Below, piece after piece: positions 9,017 through 18,368 of a DNA stretch of 64,000 bases. The stretch spans positions 116,706-180,705 of IMG/VR virus record IMGVR_UViG_3300005466_000024; one strand, 5' to 3'. Both the position numbers and the translations under genes were made by a program. This DNA is from a virus. Positions within the stretch are counted from its first letter, which is position 1; every line of letters begins with the position of its first letter. The notes below the pieces were generated by a model. The model was not told the DNA's origin. It saw nothing but the letters and a program-made list of their open reading frames with translations, and made no database searches.

Positions 9017-9436
9017 TCACCCGGCCGCCAGTCTCCGGTGTTTCACGTTCTCGTTGGTCACCGGCTCCAGCACCACCGCCGCGTCCAGCCCCAGGTCGGT
9101 CAACAGCGGCCGGATCGATTCCGGTTCCAGCACCAGCTGCTCGTAGGTCAGGCAGTAAACCCGACGGTGCGCGATGGCGGCGAGCTGCCGGTAACCGTCC
9201 TGCAACTTGCGCCATGCCTCATTCGGGGAGAGACCACCGGCGATCTGGGAGGCCATCGTGGCGAACGGGTCGCGGTACACCATGATCACCGCCTCGCAGT
9301 CGGCGGCCAGGGCAGGCAGGTCGGCCCAGTCGTCGGGATAGGTGGCCGAGCGGTGCGCCACGACGCCACCGGCGGCCCGCAGCATCCGGGTGACCAGGGA
9401 GGTGCCCGAGGATTCGGGGCCGGTGACCAGCAGCAT
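9017..9436 (-). CDS. small sulfotransferase-like / P-loop protein
   Basis: VTGPESSGTS (5'PSB-like) and YRDP (3'PB-like). Confidence 0.6.
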   Translation of the reverse strand: MLLVTGPESSGTSLVTRMLRAAGGVVAHRSATYPDDWADLPALAADCEAVIMVYRDPFATMASQIAGGLSPNEAWRKLQDGYRQLAAIAHRRVYCLTYEQLVLEPESIRPLLTDLGLDAAVVLEPVTNENVKHRRLAAG

Positions 9437-9705
9437 CAGATCAGTCCATGGGGTATGAGGGTGACGTAGCTATCATCGCTCAAAGAGTGCAGTGCACACT
9501 CGATCAACGCGGTGATGGCCTCGGCCCGGTTTGTGGCCTGCACTACGTTCAGGCCACCGGCATCCCTCACGATCCACGGGCCGTCGGATCGTATCGCGGT
9601 GAGCAGGACTTGCCCGGTGCCGCAGTCGACGAGCACCATCAGGTTGGGGTAGGGCGCATCGATGCGGTGATCCGGTGCGACGCCAACCCGCAGGTCGGCG
9701 TCCAC
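9436..9705 (-). CDS. hypothetical protein following tail genes
   Basis: GTG start right after upstream stop. Confidence 0.6.
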   Translation of the reverse strand: MDADLRVGVAPDHRIDAPYPNLMVLVDCGTGQVLLTAIRSDGPWIVRDAGGLNVVQATNRAEAITALIECALHSLSDDSYVTLIPHGLI

Positions 9706-9707
9706 AC

Positions 9708-10049
9708 TCAAGCGCTCCACGACAGCACGACCCGCACGCCTGATCCCAATCCGCTCACGATCACCGTGCCCTCGGCAAACGGTGCCGAGCCCACGAACAC
9801 GCCACCGCTGGCCGCCGAGAAGATGCCCGCCTCGGTGTAGCTGCCGGCCTGGCACGGTACGACGACCTGGGCGGCGGTGTTGGTGCCCGCCCCGTCAGGG
9901 GTCCACATGGTCAGCTGGCGCCCGTAGCCGCCGCCGCTGGTCTCGTTGGCGCCGGTGACGCCGGCATCACTGGTGTGCAGACTGATCCAGTGGCCCCGCG
10001 CCGCGGCGGCGTCGCTGGCCGCCTGGCGGGTGTCGTCGGGGATGCCCAC
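9708..10049 (-). CDS. putative phage tail-associated protein
   Basis: ISLHTSDAG..GANE.SGGGYGRQ resembles actinophage tail-fibre accessory proteins; GGAAAGGG RBS. Confidence 0.65.
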   Translation of the reverse strand: MGIPDDTRQAASDAAAARGHWISLHTSDAGVTGANETSGGGYGRQLTMWTPDGAGTNTAAQVVVPCQAGSYTEAGIFSAASGGVFVGSAPFAEGTVIVSGLGSGVRVVLSWSA

Positions 10050-10065
10050 ACCCTTTCCCCGTGGA

Positions 10066-12612
10066 TCACACCCACTCCAGCAGTGTGTAGCCAGGACCAC
10101 CGGCGCCGCCCTGGCCGGCCGGACCGGACACGTTGCCGCGGGCGCCACCGCCACCGCCACCGCCGCCGTAGTTGCCGCCGACTCCACCGGGACCGGGCGC
10201 TGTGGAGCCGCTTGTGGCACTGCTGCCGTGACCACCGGCACCGTTGAGCCCGGTGGGGGTGCCGCCCGACGCGGTGCCACCCGCGGAGCTGGACGAGAGG
10301 GAGTCGTTGGACTGCACGTCGCCGCCGCCGCCGCCGCCGGCCCCGGCGCCGACCGTGTTGGAGGCTCCGGTGCTGCCCGAGCCGGCGGAGCCGTTGGCCA
10401 GGATCATGCCGGTGATGCCCGATTGGCTGGCAGTGCCTCCGGTCGTGCCACTGCCCCCACCTGCGGTGAGTGTGATGCCGCCGGAGGTGACGGTGCTGGC
10501 TGCGCCGCTGGTGGTGCCACGGGTGACGCTGTACGTCGCCCCCAGGCTGCTCACGTCGATGAAGCTGCGGCCGACGCGGGCGCCGCCACCTCCTCCGGAA
10601 CCACCGTGACGCAAACCGGAGTTGCCCGCCGCGCCGTTGCCGCCGCTGGCACCGGCGCCGAGCAGGGTAACCCAGACACCGCTGGCCCCCTGCGGGACGG
10701 GCTGGTTGGTCCGGTTGAGGTTCTCCTCGTTGAAGGGAGCGAAGGTGACCTTGGTGGCGGTGGCCGACAGGATACCCTGCCCACCGAGGCGGGCCCCGAA
10801 CATGAAGGCCAGAAGGTAGAAGGGGCCGCGCACGACGCAACGCCCGCTCAGCGGCGCGGTGAGGACGAACTTGTTCGCCACGGCGGTGGCCGACAGGGTG
10901 CCGGTGCCCAGTGTGGCGCCGTTCAGCCGCAGGCTGGCGCTCAGGGTGCCGCGCCCGCCCAGGGCACTGGTGCGGGCGTACCGGGCGAACGCGGCGACGC
11001 TGGGGGTGCCGCGCCCGCCCATCGCGGCCACCGAATTGATCCGGTACATGCGGGCGACCGCGGTCGATGCCCCGTTACCCTGCAGGGTCGCCGACAGTTG
11101 CGGTACCGGTTTGGCGGTGACGGTGCCACGCCCGCTGATCGGTGTGGCCACGGTGAACCTGGTGGCTTTCGCGATGACGGACACGGTGCCGCGCCCAGGG
11201 AACGCGACGGTGGTCCTGACCCCGGCCAGCCAGAACAGGGTGCCGCGCCCGCTCAGCGGCGCCGTGAAGGTGAACTTGGTGGCGGCCCTGGTCACGGTGA
11301 GCCGCCCGGTTCCCCGCACCGCGGGGAAGGTGCGCAGCTGGAAGATGGTCGCGGTCGCCCGCAGCGCCCCGGTGGCCCTCAACGGGACGGCCATCAGGAA
11401 CTTGCTGGACTGGGCTGTCGCGGTGAGCTGGCCGCGACCGAACGGCACCAGGGCACGAAAGTAACCGGCCCGTCCGGACACCGCCAGGCTCAGGGGTGTC
11501 GCGAGTGAGACGGTGCCGATGGCGGGGGTGGGCCGCGCAAGGGCCGCGACCATCCAGGTGTTCCAGGTGTTGACGAGTTTCGTGGTGCCGGCGCCGGTTT
11601 TGACCGAGGTCACCCAGCAGATGGCGGCGGCGTTGCCCCAGAGCAGCTGCGGGGACGCGACCAGGGCCTGCTGGAATTGCAGGGTGCCACCGAGATAGGA
11701 TCCGTCGCCGACCGAACCCAGGGGGATGGTGGCGGGCGACGGTGGCGGGCTGGTGGCCGGGGTCCACGCCGTGCCGGGGCCGGTCTTGGTCCAGACCACG
11801 CCGGTGCGGGTCGCTCCGTCGGCCACCACCGTGGCCAGGAACTCCCGGGTGGTGTAGGTGGCGTGGCTGACCGGTCCGGCGCTGGTGAGTATCCCGGCCG
11901 TGGTGCGGACCGGGGCGAGGTCGGTGGGGTCGGTGCTCCATCCCGCTGTGCTGCCGTAGCTCCAGGTCGGGTCGGACAGGTGGCTGTCGCCGCCGGTGGC
12001 GGTGTTGGTGCCGACCGCGTGCCACAGTTTGCGAGCCAGGTACACCTGACCGTCGACGTCGGTGCCGGCGACGACCAGGTGCGGGGTGTCGATCCACACC
12101 CCGGCCCCGAACAGCACACCACCCGGGTTCGGCAGGGTTTCCTCGCCGGTGATGGTGAACGGTTTGGCCGGTGCGGTGGCGATCATGGTGAGCACCGCTA
12201 CGGCCGTGTCGTCGGTGGTCAGGGTGTAGAGGTAGTTGGTGGCGCGGCTGGCCGCGCCGACCAGTCGCCGGACGCCGGGGGTGTTGGTGGGCAGCGCGTA
12301 CCCGGCCCCGATGGTGCGCGTACCCCCGGGGGTGCTCACCAGCACCCAGCCGGGGGTGGTGTCCTCGCTGTGGGCGCTGTAGGCGCCGGGGTCGGTGCCC
12401 GAGCAGGTGGGGGCGTACCAGCGCCGGGAGAACACCATCACGAAGGTGGTAGGGGTGAGCGGGTGGAAGTGCACGGGTTGCGCGGCGGCCAACCCGGCCA
12501 GGTTCCACAGACTGCCCAGCGTGGGGTCGGCGACGCTGCGCACACTGCTGGCCGCCGAGATCCCCGCGATGTCCACTGCGGCGGCGGGGGTTTGGACCGG
12601 AGTCGTGCGCAC
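10066..12612 (-). CDS. putative minor tail/tail-fibre protein with GRGT repeats and Gly-rich C-terminal domain
   Basis: About 12 xxGRGTL-like repeats; Gly-rich domain ending GYTLLEWV. Confidence 0.7.
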   Translation of the reverse strand: MRTTPVQTPAAAVDIAGISAASSVRSVADPTLGSLWNLAGLAAAQPVHFHPLTPTTFVMVFSRRWYAPTCSGTDPGAYSAHSEDTTPGWVLVSTPGGTRTIGAGYALPTNTPGVRRLVGAASRATNYLYTLTTDDTAVAVLTMIATAPAKPFTITGEETLPNPGGVLFGAGVWIDTPHLVVAGTDVDGQVYLARKLWHAVGTNTATGGDSHLSDPTWSYGSTAGWSTDPTDLAPVRTTAGILTSAGPVSHATYTTREFLATVVADGATRTGVVWTKTGPGTAWTPATSPPPSPATIPLGSVGDGSYLGGTLQFQQALVASPQLLWGNAAAICWVTSVKTGAGTTKLVNTWNTWMVAALARPTPAIGTVSLATPLSLAVSGRAGYFRALVPFGRGQLTATAQSSKFLMAVPLRATGALRATATIFQLRTFPAVRGTGRLTVTRAATKFTFTAPLSGRGTLFWLAGVRTTVAFPGRGTVSVIAKATRFTVATPISGRGTVTAKPVPQLSATLQGNGASTAVARMYRINSVAAMGGRGTPSVAAFARYARTSALGGRGTLSASLRLNGATLGTGTLSATAVANKFVLTAPLSGRCVVRGPFYLLAFMFGARLGGQGILSATATKVTFAPFNEENLNRTNQPVPQGASGVWVTLLGAGASGGNGAAGNSGLRHGGSGGGGGARVGRSFIDVSSLGATYSVTRGTTSGAASTVTSGGITLTAGGGSGTTGGTASQSGITGMILANGSAGSGSTGASNTVGAGAGGGGGGDVQSNDSLSSSSAGGTASGGTPTGLNGAGGHGSSATSGSTAPGPGGVGGNYGGGGGGGGARGNVSGPAGQGGAGGPGYTLLEWV

Positions 12613-12673
12613 CCGCGGCCCCCATCGGATCGGTGGGCAGTTCTCTACCCTTTAGGCCCGATTCGTGGGAGCT

Positions 12674-12958
12674 CTACTCCTCCGGTGTGGGATACGGCAC
12701 TGTGGCGGGATCCTCCCGCACGTACAGGCCTTCGCACGTTTCGGTGCCGCAGTAACAGCAGCGTTCCGTCTGCCGGTGCTCCTCACGCAGCAGGTGGGGC
12801 TTCAGGCTGGGGTTGCGTACGGCGTAGCACGTCAGGCAGGCCGGCTGGGTCCAGGAGTAGTGCTGCTCGTCGGTGCTCCTGACCATGGCCGCTCCTCCCA
12901 CGAGCATGGTGATCGTGTAGACGATGGACTGCAACCACAATGCCACTTCGGTGCTCAC
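12674..12958 (-). CDS. hypothetical membrane protein with Cys motifs
   Basis: N-terminal TM; CxxC pairs. Confidence 0.55.
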   Translation of the reverse strand: MSTEVALWLQSIVYTITMLVGGAAMVRSTDEQHYSWTQPACLTCYAVRNPSLKPHLLREEHRQTERCCYCGTETCEGLYVREDPATVPYPTPEE

Positions 12959-13392
12959 CAGCAACTGGAGTAGCTGGGCGCACAGGTCATCCGGGAGCCG
13001 TCGCCGTTGAGGATGTAGGTGGGCTGCGGTGGCAGCGGTGCGGGAACGACCATGCCGGGGCCGACGTAACTGCCGCACATCCCGTCCGCATCGATCTCGC
13101 AGCTGGGGTCGGCGTGCGCGGACGCCAGTATTCCCAGCGACATCACCAGGACGAACAGCGCCGTCATGAACAACACCAGGGCCAGCACCTGGGCGACGGT
13201 ATTCCACCTCGCGGACCGTTCGATGGCGGATATCTCGTCGTCGTCGCCGAAGCAGGAACGGCACACCGTCCAGCCCAGCTCGGTGTCATCGTCCACATCC
13301 CCGCACAACAGGCAGCATTTCCCCATTTGCCTCCCCCTCGTGTCCCCGTCGTCGCACGTTTCGGGGCGGACGATTTCGGTGTCTTCGCTCAT
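12955..13392 (-). CDS. hypothetical membrane protein
   Basis: CxxC N-terminus, TM helix; start uncertain. Confidence 0.5.
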   Translation of the reverse strand: MSEDTEIVRPETCDDGDTRGRQMGKCCLLCGDVDDDTELGWTVCRSCFGDDDEISAIERSARWNTVAQVLALVLFMTALFVLVMSLGILASAHADPSCEIDADGMCGSYVGPGMVVPAPLPPQPTYILNGDGSRMTCAPSYSSCW

Positions 13393-13699
13393 GGCCACGG
13401 TGCTGGAGTCTAACCTGTCGCCGCGGCTTTGCCGCACCGACAGGCGAGCACCGGCATCCGGATCTCGTTGTTGGGCCGCGACATTCACAGGTGGTGATAC
13501 GTTCATGACGCTGAGGGGAGAGCCGGGCCGCTATGGGGGGAGTAGCGGCCCGGCCCGGTTCGGAGTTCCAGAGGGGTACCCGGAACGCCCTGGCCGAAAC
13601 CGGTCCGGCCACTTCGACGGTACCGGTTCTGCTCGGAACTATCCCAACCGGCGATGGCAGCGGTAGGGTCCCTACAGGGCCACTACAGGAAGCGGGACG

Positions 13700-13945
13700 A
13701 TGACCGTCATCGATGAAACAACCCTGTCCAGTATTCACATCCTTGATCACAGCGGCGATTTGGAGCACAAATGGGATCCAGGTGATCCCGACAGTGTGAG
13801 CATCGCCAGGGAGGTCTTCGCAAAGGCACAGAAGAAGAAGATGCTGATCTACAAGGTAGGTCGACAAGGTGATCGGGAACAGATCCGGGAATTCGATCCG
13901 GAAGCCAAGCACATCGTGGCGATACCGCAACTTCAGGGCGGCTGA
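13700..13945 (+). CDS. small protein ending in di-glycine (candidate ubiquitin-like modifier)
   Basis: 81 aa, C-terminus IPQLQGG; AGGAAG RBS. Confidence 0.75.
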   Translation: MTVIDETTLSSIHILDHSGDLEHKWDPGDPDSVSIAREVFAKAQKKKMLIYKVGRQGDREQIREFDPEAKHIVAIPQLQGG

Positions 13946-13946
13946 A

Positions 13947-14618
13947 TTGCCTTTGACATACTGGCGCGATTGGTCGGCTGACGACGATCACCACGACTGG
14001 TCCTATCGCTGGGACGGCCATACCGCCACCGGCAGCAGCACCACTCTCGCGACCAGCGAGTATGTGGGCACACCCTGGCAGATGTGGACCAGTGCGACGA
14101 CCTCGACCGGCGGATGGCATTACCTGTACTACACCGCATCACCGATCTACACCGAAAGGCCACTGGTAAGGATGGGTGCTGCTGGTGAAGCGGCGGTGGT
14201 GTTGGCGCCCCCCGAGGTCGAGGTGTCCGCAGCGGTGGAGGATCTACGGGCCGCACGGCTCGCACGAGCGCTCGCACGGTCCGAGTCGCAAGTCGTCGCC
14301 GAGTCGCGGGCCGTCGATCTCCTGGTGCGGATGCTGCCGCCGGAGCAGGTGGAGGTCTATCGGCGGGAGGGGCACTTCGACATCGTCGGTAGCCACGGCA
14401 CCCGTTACCGCATCAGGCCCGGCACGGTGGGCAATGTGGCGTGGCTGGACGCCGAGGGTCGGCAGGGTGGCCTGCTGTGCGCGCACCCGGCCTCCTCCCA
14501 TGGCCTGCCCACCCCCGATGTGCACCTGGCGCAGATGTTGGTGCTGCAAACCGATGAGCGGGAGTTCCTGCGGATCGCCAACCTGCACGCCGGTGTTATG
14601 CCGCCATTGGTGGCCTGA
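13947..14618 (+). CDS. hypothetical protein with LCAHP motif, coupled to the GG protein
   Basis: TTG start 1 nt after upstream stop; Thr/Trp-rich N-terminus; LAQMLVLQTDEREFLRIAN. Confidence 0.75.
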   Translation: MPLTYWRDWSADDDHHDWSYRWDGHTATGSSTTLATSEYVGTPWQMWTSATTSTGGWHYLYYTASPIYTERPLVRMGAAGEAAVVLAPPEVEVSAAVEDLRAARLARALARSESQVVAESRAVDLLVRMLPPEQVEVYRREGHFDIVGSHGTRYRIRPGTVGNVAWLDAEGRQGGLLCAHPASSHGLPTPDVHLAQMLVLQTDEREFLRIANLHAGVMPPLVA

Positions 14619-14622
14619 CGAT

Positions 14623-14793
14623 ATGAAAACGAAACACGGCCCCTACACGGGTAAATGTTGCTGGCGTCACCGGTTGCAGCGTCGGGGATGGATGTACAGT
14701 CACACGCGCCCCAGCGAGTATGACGGCCGTCGAATCATGACGCTGTGGACTCCGGGGTTCGTTCTGGCCGTTCAACTCCACCGTGCCGGATGA
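14623..14793 (+). CDS. small basic hypothetical protein
   Basis: 56-aa ORF continuing the operon. Confidence 0.45.
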   Translation: MKTKHGPYTGKCCWRHRLQRRGWMYSHTRPSEYDGRRIMTLWTPGFVLAVQLHRAG

Positions 14794-14806
14794 ATAGCCC
14801 TAACCA

Positions 14807-15088
14807 TCACTGTTCGTCCAGTTCCCGGAGTTTGCGCCATAGGGCCAGCACCAGCTCGTCGCCGACCATGTTGCGCAGGTAGCACTCCAGGTGCCAGGCC
14901 TCCAGCAGTGCGGACACGCCGCGCTCGAAGGTGACAACGGGTATGAGCATGCCCCGGTCGGTGTCCTGGATCGGTTCGAGACAGCTGGCGCAGGTGTCGC
15001 CGACCGGGGTCGGCAGGTGGCGGCCCTCCTCGTTGACGGGTGCACTCCATGGCTGCCCGAACCAACCGCCCGGATATTCGTCGTTCAT
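14807..15088 (-). CDS. hypothetical protein
   Basis: 93 aa; CxxC and HxxC. Confidence 0.6.
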   Translation of the reverse strand: MNDEYPGGWFGQPWSAPVNEEGRHLPTPVGDTCASCLEPIQDTDRGMLIPVVTFERGVSALLEAWHLECYLRNMVGDELVLALWRKLRELDEQ

Positions 15089-15160
15089 CGGGTCATGACC
15101 ACCACAGGATCGGCGCGAACACGATTATCCCGAACACATAGCCGAACAAGACGTAGTCGA

Positions 15161-15310
15161 TCATCGGCGTTGATGGTATCTGTCCCGGGCCGCCTCGGTG
15201 ACCGGTACGCCCTTGCAGGAGTGGGTGACGGGCCAGATCCACTTGCCGCAGATCTCGCATTCGCTGCGACCGTCGCCAGGGTCGGTGTGGGGATGATCGG
15301 CATTCACCAC
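15161..15310 (-). CDS. small Zn-finger-like protein
   Basis: CEICG..HSC; GAGGAG RBS. Confidence 0.45.
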   Translation of the reverse strand: MVNADHPHTDPGDGRSECEICGKWIWPVTHSCKGVPVTEAARDRYHQRR

Positions 15311-15454
15311 GTCACTCCTCGGAGTCGTCCTCGAACCAATGAATCCGGACACTTAACGCGTCCATCCCAGCAGCCAGGTCATGGCCAGTAGCGCCTGCCA
15401 GAGATGCAAGTAGATCAGTGGGCAACGCATTTCGGTCCGGTTGTCCGGTTCATA

Positions 15455-17335
15455 TCACGTCGCCTCCGATTTGTGCAGCGCGGCGCGCAGCCGTGCGCCG
15501 ATCCACTCACCGACGGGCGGCGAGACGGCGTTGCCGAACCCGTCGGTCTGTTTGCGTGCCGACCCCCAGACGACGAACGAACCCCGGTAGTCGACGAAGT
15601 CGACGTCGAATCCGCAGCCGCGACCGATCTCGTGGGCCGACATCATGCGGAAGTAGCAGTCCTCGAGAGTGAGCTCGGCGAGCAGCGCGTGCCATTCGGC
15701 GATCAGCGGCGCAAGGATGCCGCCGTCGTACCAGCCGGAGAACAACACGCCCTGCGTGACGGCGGATCCGACGACGGTGCCCAGCGGCTTGTCCAGCGGG
15801 TAGCTGCGGTATCCGGCCTCGTCGATCGAGCCGTTGCACTGCACCCTGCCGGCCGCGGTGAGCACGCCGGGGATCTGGTCGCTGGTCACCGTCGGCATCG
15901 CCTCGCCATGCGTGGTGGGCACGGTGTTGCGCCGGAATGGCACGACGCCCGACGACAACACACCCAGACCGCCGGACCCCGCGTTGCCGACGATGGTCTC
16001 CATCGGCTCGCCAAGGCTGCGGCTGGTGCCATTGGTCCGGTTCGGCAGCACCCGCGCCGACAGCATGCCCAACGTCTCCGACCCGCCCTGCGTCGGCAGC
16101 GGATCGTCGGCGCCGCGCGGCGCGCCCTGGTAGTTGTCGATGGCTAGAGCCACTGGCGGGGTGATCAGGCCAGTGGTGTTGGAGGTGGGCTGGGTCCACA
16201 GCGGTTGGGCAAGGTCACGTGTGCGGCATTCGGAGCCGGGGTGCTCGAAGCTGTTGGCCATCTGCATGATCGCCCCGGTGGACAGGATGGCGGTCTCCTG
16301 CTGGCTGGTCTGGGTGGCCATCGGCTGCCAAGGGTGGCGCTCGGTGCCGTGCAGGGCCTTGGCGGGCATCAGGACGGCCGGGAAATCGGCGAACCGTTGG
16401 CGGCACCGTTCCGCTCGCGCCATCGTGGTCGCCGCGAGCGGTTTCCTCCGATCCCCGATCCGGGTGCCCAGATCCGTCAGGTCCAGCGCAGCCAGCGACG
16501 GCGTCATCGGTGGCGCCACTACGCCCCGGCAGGACGGACAGCGATATGAGTACTGCTTGCCGTAGCGCACCGAACCGGTGGGCGGCACCCCGGTCTTCCA
16601 CGTCCACACTGCCTCGATGACCTTGTCGCATCGCGGGCACCACGACGGCGGGCGGTGATCCAGGTCCGGTGTCGGGATCCGCCGATCCCACATGGCGATG
16701 TACAGCCGGTCCCGCGACTGCGGCACCCCGAAGAACATCGAGTTCAGGTACAGGACGCGATACTTGTAGCCCAGTGTCTCGAACTGCCTGAGCCACCACC
16801 GGTAGGTGCTACCGTCTCCAACCTTGCGCTTGCCTTGGATGGCTGGCCCCCAGGAGGTCAGTTCGGTGGTGCACTCGACCAGGATCAGTCGGGGATGGTG
16901 CTGTGCGGCGTAGGCGAGCACGCAGGACGCGGTGGCGCGGTCGCGTTCGGATCGGGTGACGCTGGCCTCGAAATCCGGGTCGTCCAGGTCGAACAGCGAC
17001 AGCCCCTGCTCGTACGCCTTTTTGGTGTTGGCGAGGCTGTGGTTCTTGCACGAAACTCCTGCCGCCAGCAGGTCTGCCGGCGGCAGGTCGCGGACCGAAT
17101 GGTAGGCCAGGGATTCGCGGTCGACCAGGTCGGCGATCCAGTGTTCCGCCTCGGGATGGTTGGCCTCGTGGATCGCGATCTTGTATTCGTTGTGGTTCGC
17201 CGCGCAGATGGTCTCGAACCCGGCACGTTTGATGCCGGTGGTCAAACCACCGAACCCGGAGAACAGGTCGACCGCGACGAGATCGTCGTGTTTGAAGCGG
17301 CGTCGTTTCACCGCGGGCCGGTACGTGGCGCTCAT
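15455..17335 (-). CDS. C5 DNA cytosine methyltransferase, atypical motifs
   Basis: DLFSGFGG, AGVSCKNHS, VECTTE, PQSRDR, GNAVSP; six P(L/M)xT repeats. Confidence 0.85.
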   Translation of the reverse strand: MSATYRPAVKRRRFKHDDLVAVDLFSGFGGLTTGIKRAGFETICAANHNEYKIAIHEANHPEAEHWIADLVDRESLAYHSVRDLPPADLLAAGVSCKNHSLANTKKAYEQGLSLFDLDDPDFEASVTRSERDRATASCVLAYAAQHHPRLILVECTTELTSWGPAIQGKRKVGDGSTYRWWLRQFETLGYKYRVLYLNSMFFGVPQSRDRLYIAMWDRRIPTPDLDHRPPSWCPRCDKVIEAVWTWKTGVPPTGSVRYGKQYSYRCPSCRGVVAPPMTPSLAALDLTDLGTRIGDRRKPLAATTMARAERCRQRFADFPAVLMPAKALHGTERHPWQPMATQTSQQETAILSTGAIMQMANSFEHPGSECRTRDLAQPLWTQPTSNTTGLITPPVALAIDNYQGAPRGADDPLPTQGGSETLGMLSARVLPNRTNGTSRSLGEPMETIVGNAGSGGLGVLSSGVVPFRRNTVPTTHGEAMPTVTSDQIPGVLTAAGRVQCNGSIDEAGYRSYPLDKPLGTVVGSAVTQGVLFSGWYDGGILAPLIAEWHALLAELTLEDCYFRMMSAHEIGRGCGFDVDFVDYRGSFVVWGSARKQTDGFGNAVSPPVGEWIGARLRAALHKSEAT

Positions 17336-18030
17336 ACCAGCCCCCGCTTGAGTCGTCGGCGTTCCTGCTCGGATAATCCGGCCCAAACACCGAACCGCTC
17401 ATCGTGGGCCAAGGCGAACTCCAGGCAGTCGTCGCGCACCGTGCATCGCAGGCAGATGCGTTTGGCCTCACGGGTCGAGCCGCCCTTTTCTGGGAAGAAG
17501 ACCTCGGGGTCGGTCTCGGCGCACAGGGCCTCGTCGCGCCAGCTCTCCACCTCGTTCAGCGCGAAGGGGCCGTCGAGGAAGGTCAGCGTCCGCTGCCCGG
17601 TGGCGAGTGGGCCGAACTTCAGATCCTCCCGTCGCTCCCGTTCGCACGATTCTGCTGCCGCTGCCAGGTCGGCGAGTGCCGCCGCATTGGTGCGGCGGGT
17701 GGCCCACCCGTCCTGCCGGTACTGCTGCCGGGTGGCGGGGTCGATGCCGCAGATGGCGTGCGCCGTCGTGGCGGTGATGACCTGGCGGCCGGCCAGGATG
17801 TGTGTGATCACCGATCGGTGGACGTGCGCGGCGCGGGCGATTTCCCGGTACTTCCAGCCCGCCCCGACCAATAGGATGATCGTCCTACGGACAGGGGCAA
17901 CGTCGATGACGCGTGGTGCGATCTTGCCCTGCCTGCGGTCCCTCTCGTAGTCCGCATGACACAGGCCGCGGCGCAGGGGCTTCTCCGCGCGACCACACCG
18001 CACGCATCGTTCCCCCGATGCCCTCACCAT
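17332..18030 (-). CDS. whiB: WhiB2-like regulator fused to N-terminal Zn-finger/HTH
   Basis: ALCAETDPEVFFPEKGGSTREAKRICLRC..CLEFALAHDERFGVWAGLSEQERRRLKR; N-terminal CxxC..CH and HTH. Confidence 0.9.
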   Translation of the reverse strand: MVRASGERCVRCGRAEKPLRRGLCHADYERDRRQGKIAPRVIDVAPVRRTIILLVGAGWKYREIARAAHVHRSVITHILAGRQVITATTAHAICGIDPATRQQYRQDGWATRRTNAAALADLAAAAESCERERREDLKFGPLATGQRTLTFLDGPFALNEVESWRDEALCAETDPEVFFPEKGGSTREAKRICLRCTVRDDCLEFALAHDERFGVWAGLSEQERRRLKRGLV

Positions 18031-18368
18031 TGGGTTGGGTCCGCCAGTGTCCGGGGCCGCTGCCCGAACCAGTGCCGCAGGCTGGCGTACGCCTCCTCGG
18101 CGTCGCCGCCGTTGCCCACCCCGCGCCACACGACGGCGCCGACCTGCGGTGTTCCCGTCTGCTCGTAGTCGGTGTAGTTGACCAGCGCGCACCGGCGCGG
18201 GCGTTGGGTGGACTTGGAGAACTTCGCCACGATGCGGTTGCCGGCGCGGCTCCACTCCAGGTCGCCGTCGGCGGTAGCGGTGATCTCCCACCCGTTCTGC
18301 GCGGCCAGTGCCACCAGTTCCACCAGCGGGGTAACGGCCGCAGCGCTCGTCGTCTCGGAAGTGGTCAC
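18024..18368 (-). CDS. hypothetical protein
   Basis: GTG start after AGAAGGGG. Confidence 0.55.
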   Translation of the reverse strand: MTTSETTSAAAVTPLVELVALAAQNGWEITATADGDLEWSRAGNRIVAKFSKSTQRPRRCALVNYTDYEQTGTPQVGAVVWRGVGNGGDAEEAYASLRHWFGQRPRTLADPTQW

